A stretch of DNA of 64,000 nt from the human T2T-CHM13v2.0 reference genome, Homo sapiens, in assembly GCF_009914755.1 (NCBI RefSeq), contig NC_060947.1. The stretch is one strand, 5' to 3'. Under the pieces are notes generated by a model. It was given only the letters and a program-made list of their open reading frames with translations. It made no database searches and had not been told where the DNA came from. Below are positions 1 through 14,533 of this stretch, one piece after another. The translations under genes and the position numbers were made by a program. Position 1 is the first letter of the stretch, and each line of letters opens with the position of its first letter.

Positions 1-2265
1 TGAGTCTATGTGTGTCTCTGCACATGAGATGGGTTTCCTGAATACAGCACACTGATGACTCTTTATCCAATTTGCCAGTCTATGCCTTTTAATTGGGAGC
101 ATTTAGCCCATTTGCATTTAAAGTTAATATTGTTATGTGTAAATCTGATCCTGTCATTATGATGTTAGCTGGTTATTTTGCTTGTTAGTTGATGCAGTTT
201 CTTCCTAGCCTCGATGGTCTTTACAATTTGGCATGTTTTTGCAGTGGCTGGTACCGGTCGTTCCTTTCCATGTTGAGTGCTTCCTTCAGGAGCTCTTTTA
301 GGGCAGGCCTGGTGGTGACAAAATCTCTCAGCATTTGCTTGTCTGTAAAGGATTTTATTTCTCCTTCACTTATGAAGCTTAGTTTGGCTGGATATGAAAT
401 TCTGGGTTGAAAATTCTTTTCTTTAAGAATGTTGAATATTGGTCCCCAACTCTCCTCTGGCTTGTAGAGTTTCTGCCGATAGATCTGCTGTTAGTCTGAT
501 GGGCTTCTCTTTGTGGGTAACCCGACCTTTCTCTCTGGCTGCCCTTAACATTTTTTCCTTCATTTCAACTTTGGTGAATCTGACAATTATGTGTCTTGGA
601 GTTGCTCTTCTCGAGGAGTATCTTTGTGGCGTTCTCTGTATTTCCTGAATGTGAATGTTGGCCTGCCTTGCTAGATTCAGGAAGTTCTCCTGGATAATAT
701 CCGGCAGAGTGTTTTCCAACTTGGTTCCATTCTCCCCGTCACTTTCAGGTACACCAATCAGATGTAGATTTGGTCTTTTCACATAGTCCCATATTTCTTG
801 GAGGCTTTGTTCATTTCTTTTTATTCTTTTTTCTCTAAACTTTTCTTCTCGCTTCATTTCATTCATTTGATCTTCCATCACTGATACCCTTTCTTCCAGT
901 TGATCGAATTGGCTACTGAGGCTTGTGCATTCATCATGTAGTTCTCATGCCATGGTTTTCAGCTCCATCAGGTCCTTTAAGGACTTCTCAGCATTGGTTA
1001 TTCTAGTTAGCCTTTCATCTAATCTTTTTTCAAGGTTTTTAACTTCTTTGCCATGGGTTTGAACTTCCTCCTTTAGCTCGGAGTAGTTTGATCTTCTGAA
1101 GGCTTCTTCTCTCAACTCGTCAAAGTCATTCTCCCTCCAGCTTTGTTCCATTGCTGGTGAGGAGGTGCATTCCTTCGGAGGAAGAGAGGCGCTCTGATTT
1201 TTAGAATTTTCAGTTTTTCTGCTCTGTTTTTTCCCCATGTTTGTGGTTTTATCTACCTTTGGTCTTTGATGATGGTGATGTACAGATGGGGTTTTGGTGT
1301 GGATGTCCTTTCTGTTTGTTAGTTTTCCTTCTAACAGTCAGGACCCTCAGCTGCAGGTGGGTTGGAGTTTGCCGGAGGTCCACTCCAGACCCTGTTTGCC
1401 TGGGTATCAGCAGCAGAGGCTGCAGAACAATGGATATTGGTGAACAGCAAATGTTGCTGCCTGATCGTTCCTCTGGAAGTTTTGTCTCAGAAGAGTACCC
1501 AGCCGTGTGAGTTGTCAGTCTACCCCTACTGGGGGTTGCCTCCTAGTTAGGCTACTTGGGCATCAGGGACCCCCCTGAGGATGCAGTCTGTCCATTCTCA
1601 GATCTCAAGCTGCATGCTGGGAGAACCACTACTCTCTTCAAAGCTGTCAGATAGGGACATTTAAGTCTGCAGGATTTCTGCTGCCTTTTGTTTGGCTATG
1701 CCCTGCCCCCAGAGGTGGAGTCTACAGAGGCAGGCAGGCCTCCTTGAGCTGCAGTGGGCTCCACCCAGTTTGAGCTTCCTGGCCGCTTTGTTTACCTACT
1801 CAAGCCTCAGCAATGTTGGGCGTCCCTCCCACAGCCTCACTGCTGCCTTGCAGTTCAATCTCAGACTGCTGTGCTAGCAATGAATGAGGCTCCATGGGCC
1901 TAGGACCCTCCCAGCCATGCACGGGATATAATCTCCTGGTGTGCTGTTTGCTAAGGCCATTGGAAAAGTGCAGTATTAGGGTGTTAGTGACCCGATTTTC
2001 CAGGTGCCATCCGTTACCCCTTTCCTTGGCTGGGAAAGGAAATTCCCTGACCCCTTGCACTTCTTGCATGAGGCAAAGCCTCGCCCGGCTTTGGCTCAGG
2101 CTCAGTGCACTGCACCCACTGTCCTGCACCCACTGTCTGACAATCCCCAGTGAGATGCACCCAGTACCTCAGTTGGAAATGCAGAAATCATTAATCTTCT
2201 ACATCACTCACACTGGGAGCTGTAGACTGGAGTTGTTCCTATTCATCCATCTTGGCTCCACCCTC
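1..2265 (-). mobile_element. L1PA element (about L1PA4-6), 5' part: 5' UTR, disrupted ORF1 (221-1238) and start of ORF2 (ATG at 157); continues out of the window
   Basis: Minus-strand ORF1 peptides MGKKQSRKTENSKNQSAS... and ...EIWDYVKRPNLHLIGVPE...; in-frame stop at 945-947 plus a frameshift; L1 5' terminus (reverse complement of ...CCAAGATGG..AATAGGAAC) ends near 2265. Confidence 0.95.
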
Positions 2266-2269
2266 AAGA

Positions 2270-5200
2270 AAAAGTCAGTATTTTCTATATAAAAGATCAT
2301 GTCATCTACAAATAGAGGTAGTTTTATTTTTTCCTTTTCCAATCTGGATGCCTTTTATTTCCTTTTCTTGTCTAAATGTCCTGGCTGAAACCTCAAGTAC
2401 AATGCTGAATAATAGATATGACAGCAAACATTCTTGTCTTGTTGTTTATCTTACAGGGGAAGCAGTCTTTCAGCAATAAGTATATTAGCCTTGGGATTTT
2501 CATAGATGACCATTATCATGTTGAAAAAATTCCCTTTTATTCCTAGTTTGTTGAATGTTTTTATTGTGAAAGAATGTTATATTTTATCAAATGCTTTCTC
2601 TGCATCTCTCGAAATAATCATGTGATCTTCTTTGTCTTTTATTCTATTGAGATAGCGTATTACATTGGTTGATTATCAAATGTTAACTCAATTTTACATT
2701 CCTGGGATAAACCCCATTTGGTCATGATTTATAATTTTTTCTATATGTAACTGGAGTTAATTTGCTAGATTTTGTCAATGATTTTATTTTTGCATCAATT
2801 CTCTTAAAAGATATTGGTCTGTAGTATTCTTTTCTTGTGATATCTTTGGCTGACTTCACAGAATGAGTTGGGAAATATTTCCTCCTGTTCTAGAAGATTT
2901 TGTGAAGGATTGGTATTAATTATTTTCTAAATATTCGGTAAAATTCACCAGTGAAGACATTTGAGTTGGGGGTATATTTAGGGGGAGCAGAGCATTTTAA
3001 TTACTAATTCTATCTTTTTACTTGTTACAGTTAAATTCAGATTTTCTGTTTCTTGCATAGATTTTGGTCGTTTCTGTCTTTATAGAAATTTTTCCCTTTC
3101 ATTTAAGTAATTTAATTTAATAGCATACAACTGTTCATAGTATTTCTTTATGTTCCTTGTATTTCTGTAAGATTAATACTGATGTCTCCTCTTTATTCTT
3201 AATTTTACTGATTTGCATCTTCTCTTTATTTTTCTCATGAAGTCTAATTAAACGTTTGCCAGTTCTGTGGATCTTTTCACAAAACCAACTTATGATTTCA
3301 TGTGATTTTCTCCTTTGTTTTTTACTCTATTTTATTTGTTCCTGTTAAGTTTTTATTATTGCCTTCCTTCTGCTTGCTTTGGGTTTAGTCTGCTATTCTT
3401 TTTCTAGTTTCTTTAGTTGGAATATTAGGTTATTGATTTGAGATGTTTTTAAATTTTTTTATTGAGATAAAATTCATAGACCATAAAATTCACCCTTTAA
3501 AAGTGTACAATTCAGTGTTTTAAATGTATTTTCAATGTCTTGCAACCATTACCATGATCTAATTCCACAACATTTCAAAACCACCAAAATAAACCCTGTA
3601 ACCAATAGCAGTTTCTCCCTTAGTGCCCTAGGCCCTAGCTCCTAATGACCAATAATCTACTCTCTGTATCTCTGAATTTTCCTATTCTGGATATTTCATA
3701 TACAAGATTTTTGGTTGACAGTTTTTTCCTTTCATCATTTTGAATATGTCATTCCTCTATGTCTTTTAGCTTCTATTCTTTCTGGTAGAAGTCAGCCATA
3801 AATCTTATTGGAATTCCTCTTATATGTGATAACTAATTTTCTCTTGCTACTTTTAAAGTTTCCCTTGGTTTTTGGCTTCTGACATTTTGATGTGGTGTGT
3901 CTGAAGTGTCTCTCCTTGTGTTTATCCTATTTGTTATTTGTAGAGCTTCTTAGAGGTGTAGATTAATATATCTTTCTTCAAATTTTGAAAGTTTTTCTTA
4001 TTTTTGAATATTTTCTTCTGTTTATTTCTCGCTCTCTTCTCTTTGGGAATCCCATTGCATGTATATTGGTGTGCTTAATAATGCCCCACATTTCTCTGAG
4101 TCTCTGTTCATTATTCATCATTCTGTGTCCTCAATCTTCTTCAATTTGCACAATATGTATTGATCTATCTTCAAGTTTGCTAACTTTATTTCCTGCCACC
4201 TGAAGTCTACTGTTGATCTCTTCTATGAATTTTTTTGTTCCAGTTATTGTATTTTTCAACACTAGACATTCTTAGTTTAGATCTCTTTATTGATTTTCTA
4301 TTTGATGGAAAGAATTTCTCACAAATTCTTTTAGTTGTTTTTTTTTTCTTAGACAGGGTCTCTCTAGGTCACCCAGGGTGGAGTGCAGTTGTACAGTCTT
4401 GGCTTGCTGCAGCCTTGACTTCCTGGGCTCAACTGATTCTCCCATCTCAGCCTCCCAAGTAGCTGGGACCACAGCCATCTGCCACCACAAACAGCTATTT
4501 TCAGCTAATTTTGTTTATTTTTTGTAGAGATGGGCACTGTGTTGCCCAGGCTGGTCTTAAACTCCTGGACTCAAGTGATCCTCTTGCTTTGGCCTCTGAA
4601 AAGTGCTGGGATTACAGACATGAGCCACCCTGACTGACTCTTTTAGTTCTTTAAGCATAGCTTCCTTTAGGTCTTTGAACATATTTATAGTAGCTGCTTT
4701 GTCCTCTAAGTTCAACATCTGGCCTAGTTCAATGAAGCCTATTTCCCTGCAGCATACAGCCTCTGTGTCACTCCTCAGAGGTCACAGTCTTGGGCATGTA
4801 CACAGTATCTACCACCAGTGATACTGTGATTTTAACTGGGCTGTCTGTCTCCTTACCTAAGATCCTCTTTGAGCTTCTGGATGATCTATCTCTAATAATA
4901 TCACTACCAGCTATTAGCCTCCACTTCTTAATTCCATTAGTGTTTTTAAACAATGCCCTGGGAAATAAATTTTTCCACATTAAAATTGGGTCTTCTCAAG
5001 TCTTCAAGGCTTGCCCAGACCCTAAAAGGGTTCTTCTTAGCTTTTTCTCTGGTTCTCTCTGTTAAACTTCTAGCTGGTGAACCATTCTGCAGCTGCTACT
5101 AGAATCATAGTGCTTCTGGTGCCCTCTTGATTGCTTACCACCAAGATTGTCGTTGTTCCTGACAATACTATAGACAAAAACTTCTTCACTCTCTTTTCCA

Positions 5201-5733
5201 AATAAAGATAGACTCCTTGGGGAGAGCCAAGGAGCTCTCCATTCTTAAAACTCATCTCACCTCATGGACAGAATCTCTGCTCTACTACACTAGACATTAG
5301 AGGTAGGGAGAGAAGCTTCTTTCTTCCAGAATGACACCCCTGCTCTATGAGCAGGGTGCTGGGCAGGAATGGTAGCTATGGATTTTCTCAACTTGTTTTT
5401 TTCTAGCATTGAACATGCACCCTATGAGTGAGCTGGGGCAGAGTGATCAGAGATACAGTATTATTGGCCCACCATGCTTGAGGTAGAGATTCCATTTTAC
5501 CAATGGGAGCTGACTAGGGGAAGGGCTTCCCAGTCCTCTTGGCCTCACTTAAGTGGAATAAAACTTCTGCAACATGGAGCTTGGGATTAGAGGATGAGAG
5601 ATTCCAGTAGACTACCCTCCTAGAGTCAAACTGTTGCCCTGTACTAGGAGCTGGAGGAAGAGAGAGCTCCATGTTATTGACTACACCCAACTAGAATAGA
5701 ATTTCCATCATACTAAACTGGGAGGTAGGGATG
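2270..5733 (-). mobile_element. Old L1M-type LINE fragments, interrupted by an Alu; continues after the provirus to about 13550
   Basis: T-rich degenerate antisense L1 ORF2/ORF1-like sequence (e.g. 'aagatcatgtcatctacaaatag', 'cctagtttgttgaatgtttttatt'). Confidence 0.7.
4337..4638 (-). mobile_element. AluJ-like
   Basis: Poly-T then antisense Alu body; TSD tcttttagtt on both sides. Confidence 0.85.
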
Positions 5734-6328
5734 TGTTGATGAAAAGAGTCAAACTCTGTAAAATATTTGAAGATATTTATTCTGAGCCAAATATGAGTGA
5801 CCACGGCCCATGACACAGCCCTCAGAAGGTCTTGAGAACATGTGCCCAAGATGGTGAAAGTGCAGTTTAGTTTCATTCATTTTAGAGGGGCATGAGCTAT
5901 CAATCAAATACATTTAGGATATACATTGGTTTGGTTCAGAAAGGCAAAACAACTTGAAGTTGGGGCTTCCAGGCTATAGGTAAATTTTTTAATTTCCTGG
6001 TTGACAATTGGTTGAGTTTGTTTAAGAACCTGGGATCAATAGAAAGGAAATGTTTGGGTTAAGATAAAGGATTGTGGAGACCAAAGTTTTATTGTGCGGA
6101 GGAAGCTTTTAGCTAGCAGGCTTCAGAGAGAATAGGTTGTAAAATGTTTCTTATCGGACTTGAAGTCTGTGTTGATGTTAATAACAGAGAGGTATAATGA
6201 GGCATATTCAACTCCCATTTCCCATCATGGCCTGAAACAGTCTCTCAGGTTAAATTTTAAGAGTCCTGGCTGAGGAGGAAGTCCATTCAGATGGTTGGGG
6301 AGCCTTATAATTTTACTTTTGGTTTACA
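5734..6328 (-). mobile_element. MER4-family LTR (3' LTR)
   Basis: Reverse complement begins tgtaaaccaaaa..., typical of MER4; adjacent to the polypurine tract. Confidence 0.88.
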
Positions 6329-6568
6329 TTTTCCCCTTTTTGGCCAAGATTTGGCACAGGAAACATTAAAAGCCAGCAAATCTTTATTTTGTCCCATAGC
6401 GTTGTCAGGGTGGCAAGGCTGCCTGCACCAGGTCCATTCTGTCCCTTGGTGGGGCTCTTTATGGCCCAGGGCCTTAAGAGTCAAAAGACTTAACAGCTGA
6501 TTAATTGCTCTAGGCCAGATAGGAATGGATGTGGACAGGCATTTATTACCTCTTAAAATTCTTATTTT

Positions 6569-6868
<300 letters not shown>

Positions 6869-7117
6869 TTAAGGAAAAAGCCAACAAACAAAAAAAGGCA
6901 AAGTTACAAAACTGACTTATTTTTAACTTCTATGTGTTGAGCTACAGTAAGCTTGGTTTTAGTTACAGACTTTTAGCCATTCGCTAAAGAAAACATAAGC
7001 ATTTTTCTAGAAAAACTTAAATATATATAGATATCTTTATATATATATATATCTTTGCAACTTATAACTGGGAGTATTATACTCAGAAGGCCTTGTCACA
7101 AGGTATCTTTATTCTAA

Positions 7118-7921
<804 letters not shown>

Positions 7922-8118
7922 CTGTCAGTAAATATTTTTCTTTAATTCTATAGGAAGCAGAAAATTATTTATGGTTGGGATGGATGCAAAAGTGACACAT
8001 AATAGTTTAGAAGACTTGTTTTATCAGCTGTTTAGGCATCCTTGTATCCTCTTGATTTGGACAATCTGACCTTGACCTAATTTTGTCCCTCAAAACTGGC
8101 CCTTAAAATTTCATGTGC

Positions 8119-8637
8119 TCATCATCACTGGCCATCAGAGAAATGCAAATCAAAGCCACAATGAGATACCATCTCACACCAGTTAGAATGGCGATCATTA
8201 AAATGTCAGGAAACAACAGGTGACTTTGGAGAGGATGTGGAGAAATAGGAACACTTTTACACTGTTGGTGGGACTGTAAACTAGTTCAACCATTGTGGAA
8301 GACAGTGTGGCGATTCCTCAAGGATCTAGAACTAGAAATACCATTTGACCCAGCCACCCCATTACTGGGTATATACCCAAAAGATTACAAATCATGCTGC
8401 TATAAAGACACATGCACATGTATGTTTATTGCAGCACTATTCACAATAGCAAAGACTTGGAACCAACCCAAATGTCCATTAATGATAGACTGGATTAAGA
8501 AAACGTGGCACATATACACCATGGAATACTACGCAGCCGTAAAAAAGGATGAGTTCATGTCCTTTGTAGGGACATGGATGAAGCTGGAAACCATCATTCT
8601 GAGCAAACTATCGAAAGGATTATAAATCATGCTACTA
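8119..8637 (+). mobile_element. L1PA ORF2 3' fragment, truncated at both ends, no poly-A tail
   Basis: ORF 8293-8625 (WKTVWRFLKDLELEIPFDPA...) is the L1 ORF2 C-terminus. Confidence 0.9.
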
Positions 8638-10737
8638 CGTTACATAAAGCTTGTTTAAACATCTTAAATTTTATAATTCTATTAACCTGTAGGTTTTTAT
8701 GTTCTGGTCGCAGGAACTTTATTTATTTATTTATTTTTTACCCTTAGATCATTTTACCTTTTTTGGTGAAAAAGGATTTGGGTTCCCAGCAGAGAGTTGC
8801 ATTCGTGAGACCCATTGAGGGACAACAAATTCTATAAGGCTTCTCAAACAGTTCTATGATTCTGTGGGAGGGGCACCCATGTAAAAAGGGGTCCCTTAAC
8901 CCTCAAATTTAACATGACCTGGGTAATAGGCCTATTCGTTGGGGGATATCCCAGTCATTATAAAGCTAGTTCCACATGGCTCCCATATGAAACATATTAA
9001 CTGCTTCATCTGGGGTGCTCTACTTGGTGTTTTATAGGGAGAGCTGGGTAGTCCCCTTTACAGGGCAAACAGACTTACAGTGGCATTTATCTGGCCCACT
9101 ACGCTGATCATTCTCTCAGAAATAACCCCCTGTGCATTTGGATCACATATACTTATCAGTGATTGTTTAATAGTGAGTTGTGGGTCCTGCATTAACCCAA
9201 ACAAGCTCTTAATTTCTGCAGCATTTAAAATTAAGGATTTTGTCCTTAAAGTGTTTATTTTTACAATCCACTAAAGATTTTTTTAAAGAAGTGGATGATA
9301 CCAATTTACAAAATGGAACAATCCCTTTACATTATACTCTCCGGTTTTAAAAGTTACTTGGTTTTGCCCTTCCTCCACATCAACTTGTTGGTAGCCACAG
9401 GTCTCAGAGTTAACTTTTGTTGCCCTGGCATAATTGTTGGTTTTTTTTTCCATTTAGTTTTATCTGTATACTTTTTCCTTCATTTTAAAGCAACTCTTAA
9501 ATAGTTTAGAAATAAACACAATTTTTTAAGAAAAATCAACATCCTTGTGTTTTATAAACTTCACCAAAAACATATTTTATGCATTTACTATTTTAGCTTG
9601 TAGTAACCAAAATTCCCAGTAAAAATTCTCAGTTATGTTTTAACATAACATTACTTTAAGATTTTAAATTACTGGAGAGAGTTGAGATTAAATTTACCAA
9701 ATTAATTTTACCAAAGATTACCAAAGTCATGTGAATTAAAAGGTATCTGAGCTAGCCTCTACCAGTCTAATAAATATGTACTTTCAAAAAAATTACTTGA
9801 TTAGAGCTCCTCCATGTAGTTTGGTAGTGAAATGTCACTTCCATATGACACATATAAAGATAGAGATATAACAGGCATGCAGAATAAAAAAGCAGGTCCA
9901 AAATATATTTTTACCTGTTTTTTAAAAAATTATCTCCCTTACTTTAGGTAATTAATAAAAGTTATAGGAGTCAAGAAAAGGTGAAGGAGAGAGCTATTAT
10001 CCAAGGCCTTTTTAAAAGAGAAAGAATTGAACCTTTGAGATGTTTATCTGAAGAATTTTTAACAGACAGATTATATAAAAATTTATTGCATTAAGAATAA
10101 GTCAATATTTTAAACAAAATCTTGTTTTAACCAATTATTTAGTTTTGTATTAGTGTATATATTTTTAATAACAAAGACTCATCTCTAGAAAGACTATTAT
10201 AATTTTTTCTTAATCATAGTCAACTAAATTATACAACCCTTTTTTTTAAACAAAATTCCTTTTTACTAACATTATTACGACTTGCATAGACTATTCACAA
10301 CATGTTTGGATTTTCTGTTTTGTCCTAAATATCTCTCTTTCTTGAACAACCCAGTCATTTTATTTTAGGACAAAAATTCACCACACAAGATTCTTTCTTA
10401 TATAAAATTACTTTCATTTTTACCTTCTTTACTGAAAAATACCTCTTTATATCATTAACTTTCTTTCCATCTGTTATTTTCTGGTTCCTTTTACCTTGTT
10501 TTATACATAACCCTTAAATAAACTTAGAATTAGATGAAGATATTTACCTTTTAATAAGAACACTTTAAAAAAAGTTTTACTATAGTTTTAAAATTGGAAA
10601 TTACCCAGATACTTAATATTTATTAATAACCTTAGATCCTAAATTATATGACAAGTTTGTTTACAAGCATTTCTTTCATTATATTTACCTGATTGATTGA
10701 TTTAATTGTTTACCTAGATTATATACAAAAACTGTGA

Positions 10738-10855
10738 TAGTCATTCCTTAAGTTACTTCCCGGTTAACCATTTTGATAGCCGTGAATTTCAGGTGTTAGT
10801 CATTCTTTAAGTTACTTCCCTGTTAACCATTTTGATGGCTTTGAATTTCAGGTGT
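10738..10855. repeat. Imperfect tandem duplication, 2 x 59 bp
   Basis: tagtcattc.ttaagttacttccc.gttaaccattttgat.gc..tgaatttcaggtgt occurs twice. Confidence 0.9.
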
Positions 10856-11595
10856 TTCCTTAAGTAACAAACTTAGGGTTAAATATAAGGGTATTTTTTA
10901 CCAAGAACTCAGGATTTAGCTGTTTTCATTAAACCAGCAATATTCCATCTTACTTATCAAAAATTATACAAGCAAAGATCATTCTGCCTTTGGCTGGGTT
11001 TTATAGTTTTATAACCCTTATGACTAATCTTGTATTCTGGAGGAATAAGCATGAAAGCACTTGATCAATAAACACAAACAAAAATGCTAATAATTCTTAA
11101 AACATTTCTAATATTATTTTACCAATAATTTTAAAGCCAGCTTATTTATTAAAGATTTTACTCAAGTGATGTGAACTTCAAAAAGCATTTGACTAGTCTT
11201 TTTTTGATAAAATATTTTATTTAAGCACTTGTTTTTCTTTAAGCCAATTAATTAGAGCTCTTTTATATATTTTTAGTAGTGAAACATTGTGTACACAACA
11301 CATAAATACATAGATGTATTAGGCATGCCGATAGAAGTACATCTTATAGATTCATAAGACCTCATTGTTTCCTAACTTAGACTTTTAAATTCTTGATAAC
11401 CTGTTTCATCAACCTAGACAGTTGTCAGCTAAATAGCCCTACATTTGCCTATTAAAGGAAACAACTCTTAGGTGAAAAATCAGCAAAATTTACATCTCAA
11501 GGTACCAAGAGAGAAAGTCTGGTGTGCTAGAGGGAAATTAAAACAGATTTAATTTGCCAATTAAACATGAAATTATAGAAGTCTATTATAAAGGT

Positions 11596-11597
11596 CA

Positions 11598-11644
<47 letters not shown>
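11596..11644. repeat. (CA)n microsatellite
   Basis: Long CA run. Confidence 0.95.
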
Positions 11645-11647
<3 letters not shown>

Positions 11648-12732
11648 AAGATCCTATGGCTTTTACTTCAGAACTTTAGCCATGAGATAAATACAAATTC
11701 ACTGGCTTGCAAAAAAAAAAATAGTTAGATCCAAGTAGTGGTTGTTATCTCAGTAGAAAGGTAACAGCAGATTTAAAGCAGGCAGAAAAGAAAATAGAGA
11801 AAAAGAGAACTTAGGAACTTTAGAGTTTGCAGGTTGACCTTGGGGTTCTTTTTCCTTAACGTAAATGTGAAAAATGACCATACTATTTTCATTTTACATA
11901 AACTTTAGCAAGTAGAGGTGCCATAAAACCAATGGAGTGCCCCAAAGGGGGTAATTCTCCTTGTTTTCTCCTCATTCTTAGATTATTTGTTTCCCACACT
12001 TAAAAAAAAAAAAAAGGAGGAACTGAGCTGTGGCCTGGGGCTTTTGTGGAGTGGGTTGAAGTGGGTTGCTTGCAGGCAGGACTTCACAGTGTGTCACCAC
12101 TGAGTCATTGTGCCCTCTTACTTATCTCAGTTTTCCTCTCTGGAGGTCTAAGCCCCTCCAGGAGGGCTCAAATCGTGGAGTGACCAGCTCCTATATGTGT
12201 TTCCTGAATAAGCCTTTTTTAAAACTAATTTTTTTGGGGGTTCCCTGTAGGGCCACTGCACATCATGGGGGGTTAACCTCCACCAGACACTCCCATGAGG
12301 CCCTTGGTCACGCAGGGGCACGTTTTGCCTGGGAGAAGCAAATGTGTTTTCTCTTCAGAGCTAAGGAAACACAGTTTCTCATTTACCTATAAAAACAACA
12401 GTATAATTTATCATGCAAATGCACACAGACAAGCCAAACTGAGATTAATTTTGGGAGAAAATGCAATGGAGAGGATTCTTTAAAATGCACGTCTGAACTA
12501 GAAGTAGGATCTTTAAACAACTTCCTAGGAGAAAAATAAAATAGCTCAGAATAAATCAAGGACCATTAACCAACGGGAGGGCCAAGGCTCGGGAGGACTT
12601 ACCAGTTCCACCAGAGGAGAAGCTCGAAGTCAGGAAGGCTTCAATGGGCCTCTGCTCCTTAGCTCTGAGTTTGGGCAACTTCCTTCATGGTCCTGAGTCT
12701 TCTCTGAGGTCCCACGTTGGGTGCAAAATTAT

Positions 12733-13328
12733 TGTCAATGAAAAGAGTCAAACTCTGTAAAATATTTGAAGAGACTTATTCTGAACCAAATATAAGTGAC
12801 CAGGGCCCGTGACACAGCCCTCAGAAGGTCTTGAGAACATTTGTCCAAGATGGTCTGGGTGCAGTTTGGTTTTGTACATTTTAGAGGGGCATGAAACATC
12901 AATCAAATACATTTAAGATATACATTGGTTTGGTTCAGAAAGGTGAAACAACTTGAAGCTGGGGCTTCCAGGCCATAGGTAAATTTTTAAATTTCCTGGT
13001 TGGCAATTGGTTGAGTTTGCTTAAGGACTTGTGATCAATAGAAAGGAAATGTTTGGGCTAAGATAAAGGATTGTGGAGACCAAAGTTTAATTGTGCAGAG
13101 GAAGCTTTTAGCTAGCAGGCTTCAGAGAGAATACATTGTAAATGTTTCTTATCAGACTTAAAGTCTGTGTTGATGTTAATACCAGAGAGGTATAATGAGG
13201 CATGTTCGACTCCCACTTCCCATCATGGCCTGAAACAGTCTCTCAGATTAAGTTCTAAAAGAGCCCTGGCTGAGGAGGAAGTCCATTCAGATGGTTGGCG
13301 AGCCTTAGAATTTTATTTTTGGTTTACA
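12733..13328 (-). mobile_element. MER4-family LTR (5' LTR)
   Basis: Direct repeat of 5734-6328, roughly 90% identical by eye. Confidence 0.88.
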
Positions 13329-14498
13329 GATGGGAGCAGGTTATGGCTTAAATACCAGAGACTCTTGCTATTCTTACCAAGATGTATTAGAGTTTCTTGA
13401 ATAAATGTTCCTTCATTTGCTGTAGAAAATTAGGACAATTTCCAGAGACTTTGAATAATTGATATTTAAATGAATTTCGCCAGTTGCAGTTTTTCCTTTT
13501 GGGTCCACAGGGCTCCTCATACTCCCATTCTGGAACTGGAAGCCTCTCTGTTAAGTCTGTAAACACTTCCTTTCCCCCAACACAGATTTCTTCAATCTGT
13601 CTAACCCAAAAACACTGCCCTGGGACAGGATGTCCCTATGTAAGCAGGACAGTGGGAGAAGCCTGGAATTTAAGGCCCAAATTGGGTCTAGACATTCTTG
13701 ATAAATGTGCCTATCCTAGCGACTTGCCATTTAAAAAGGCTAAACACAAGGTGGGACATAGGGGATCAGAAGGGAGCAAGTGAGGCCACTCCCCCATACT
13801 CCCTACCCTGAGTCTTGCCCCTAAGAGTTGAATATTGGTGGTGGGAGGGGGACTCATAGAAGAGAGAGGCTATAGCTCTCTATAGCAAAGCAGATTAGAG
13901 TAGCTCCATTGGCCCCCTAGGGAAGGAGCCTCAGGGAGGCTGACTTGGGTTTCACAAGAAAAAGTACATTCTAAGGGTAAAGTACATAAAGAGCTGCTTC
14001 AGGAAGAAGTGAGCTCCCTGTCATCACCGAGGTTATCTAAGTAAAAGGTAGAGGGCCACATGTCCAGGACCCTCTATCATTCATTTAGAGTTAGAATCCC
14101 AGGACCCTTGGGAGACCATTGACCCTAAAATTCATTGATCCTCTGTGTTTGGAGAAGGAACTCTGCCCAGTTTTGTCTAGCCAAGTCAGGTGATTCCTAG
14201 GATTTTTGACATAATAAGAGTTCAGAAACACCCCAGGGACCACGGGCCTTTCCTGGGGTTTTGCAAAGGAGCAGAATTAGCATTCATTACTCATTCATTA
14301 CTGCTCTAATCAGCATCTTAATTGCCAGTCTTACTCTCAGTCTTTATACTGAGTACCTGGTGCATGTTCACTCTCCACCCCCAACGTCCAGCTAAGCCTG
14401 GGGGCAAACACGAGATTCCCTAGACCATCTGCATTCCACCTTCTTTCCCTCCCCCTTTTAGAGAGCTCAGGAAATTGGTTTTAATCCACCAAGCTCCT

Positions 14499-14533
14499 GT
14501 TGCTTAGTAACAGAAGCACCTGCTCCTAGCAAC
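14499..14533. promoter_or_regulatory. RFX X-box plus a second half-site (candidate)
   Basis: GTTGCTTAGTAAC at 14499-14511 and CTAGCAAC at 14526-14533, in unique sequence. Confidence 0.5.
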
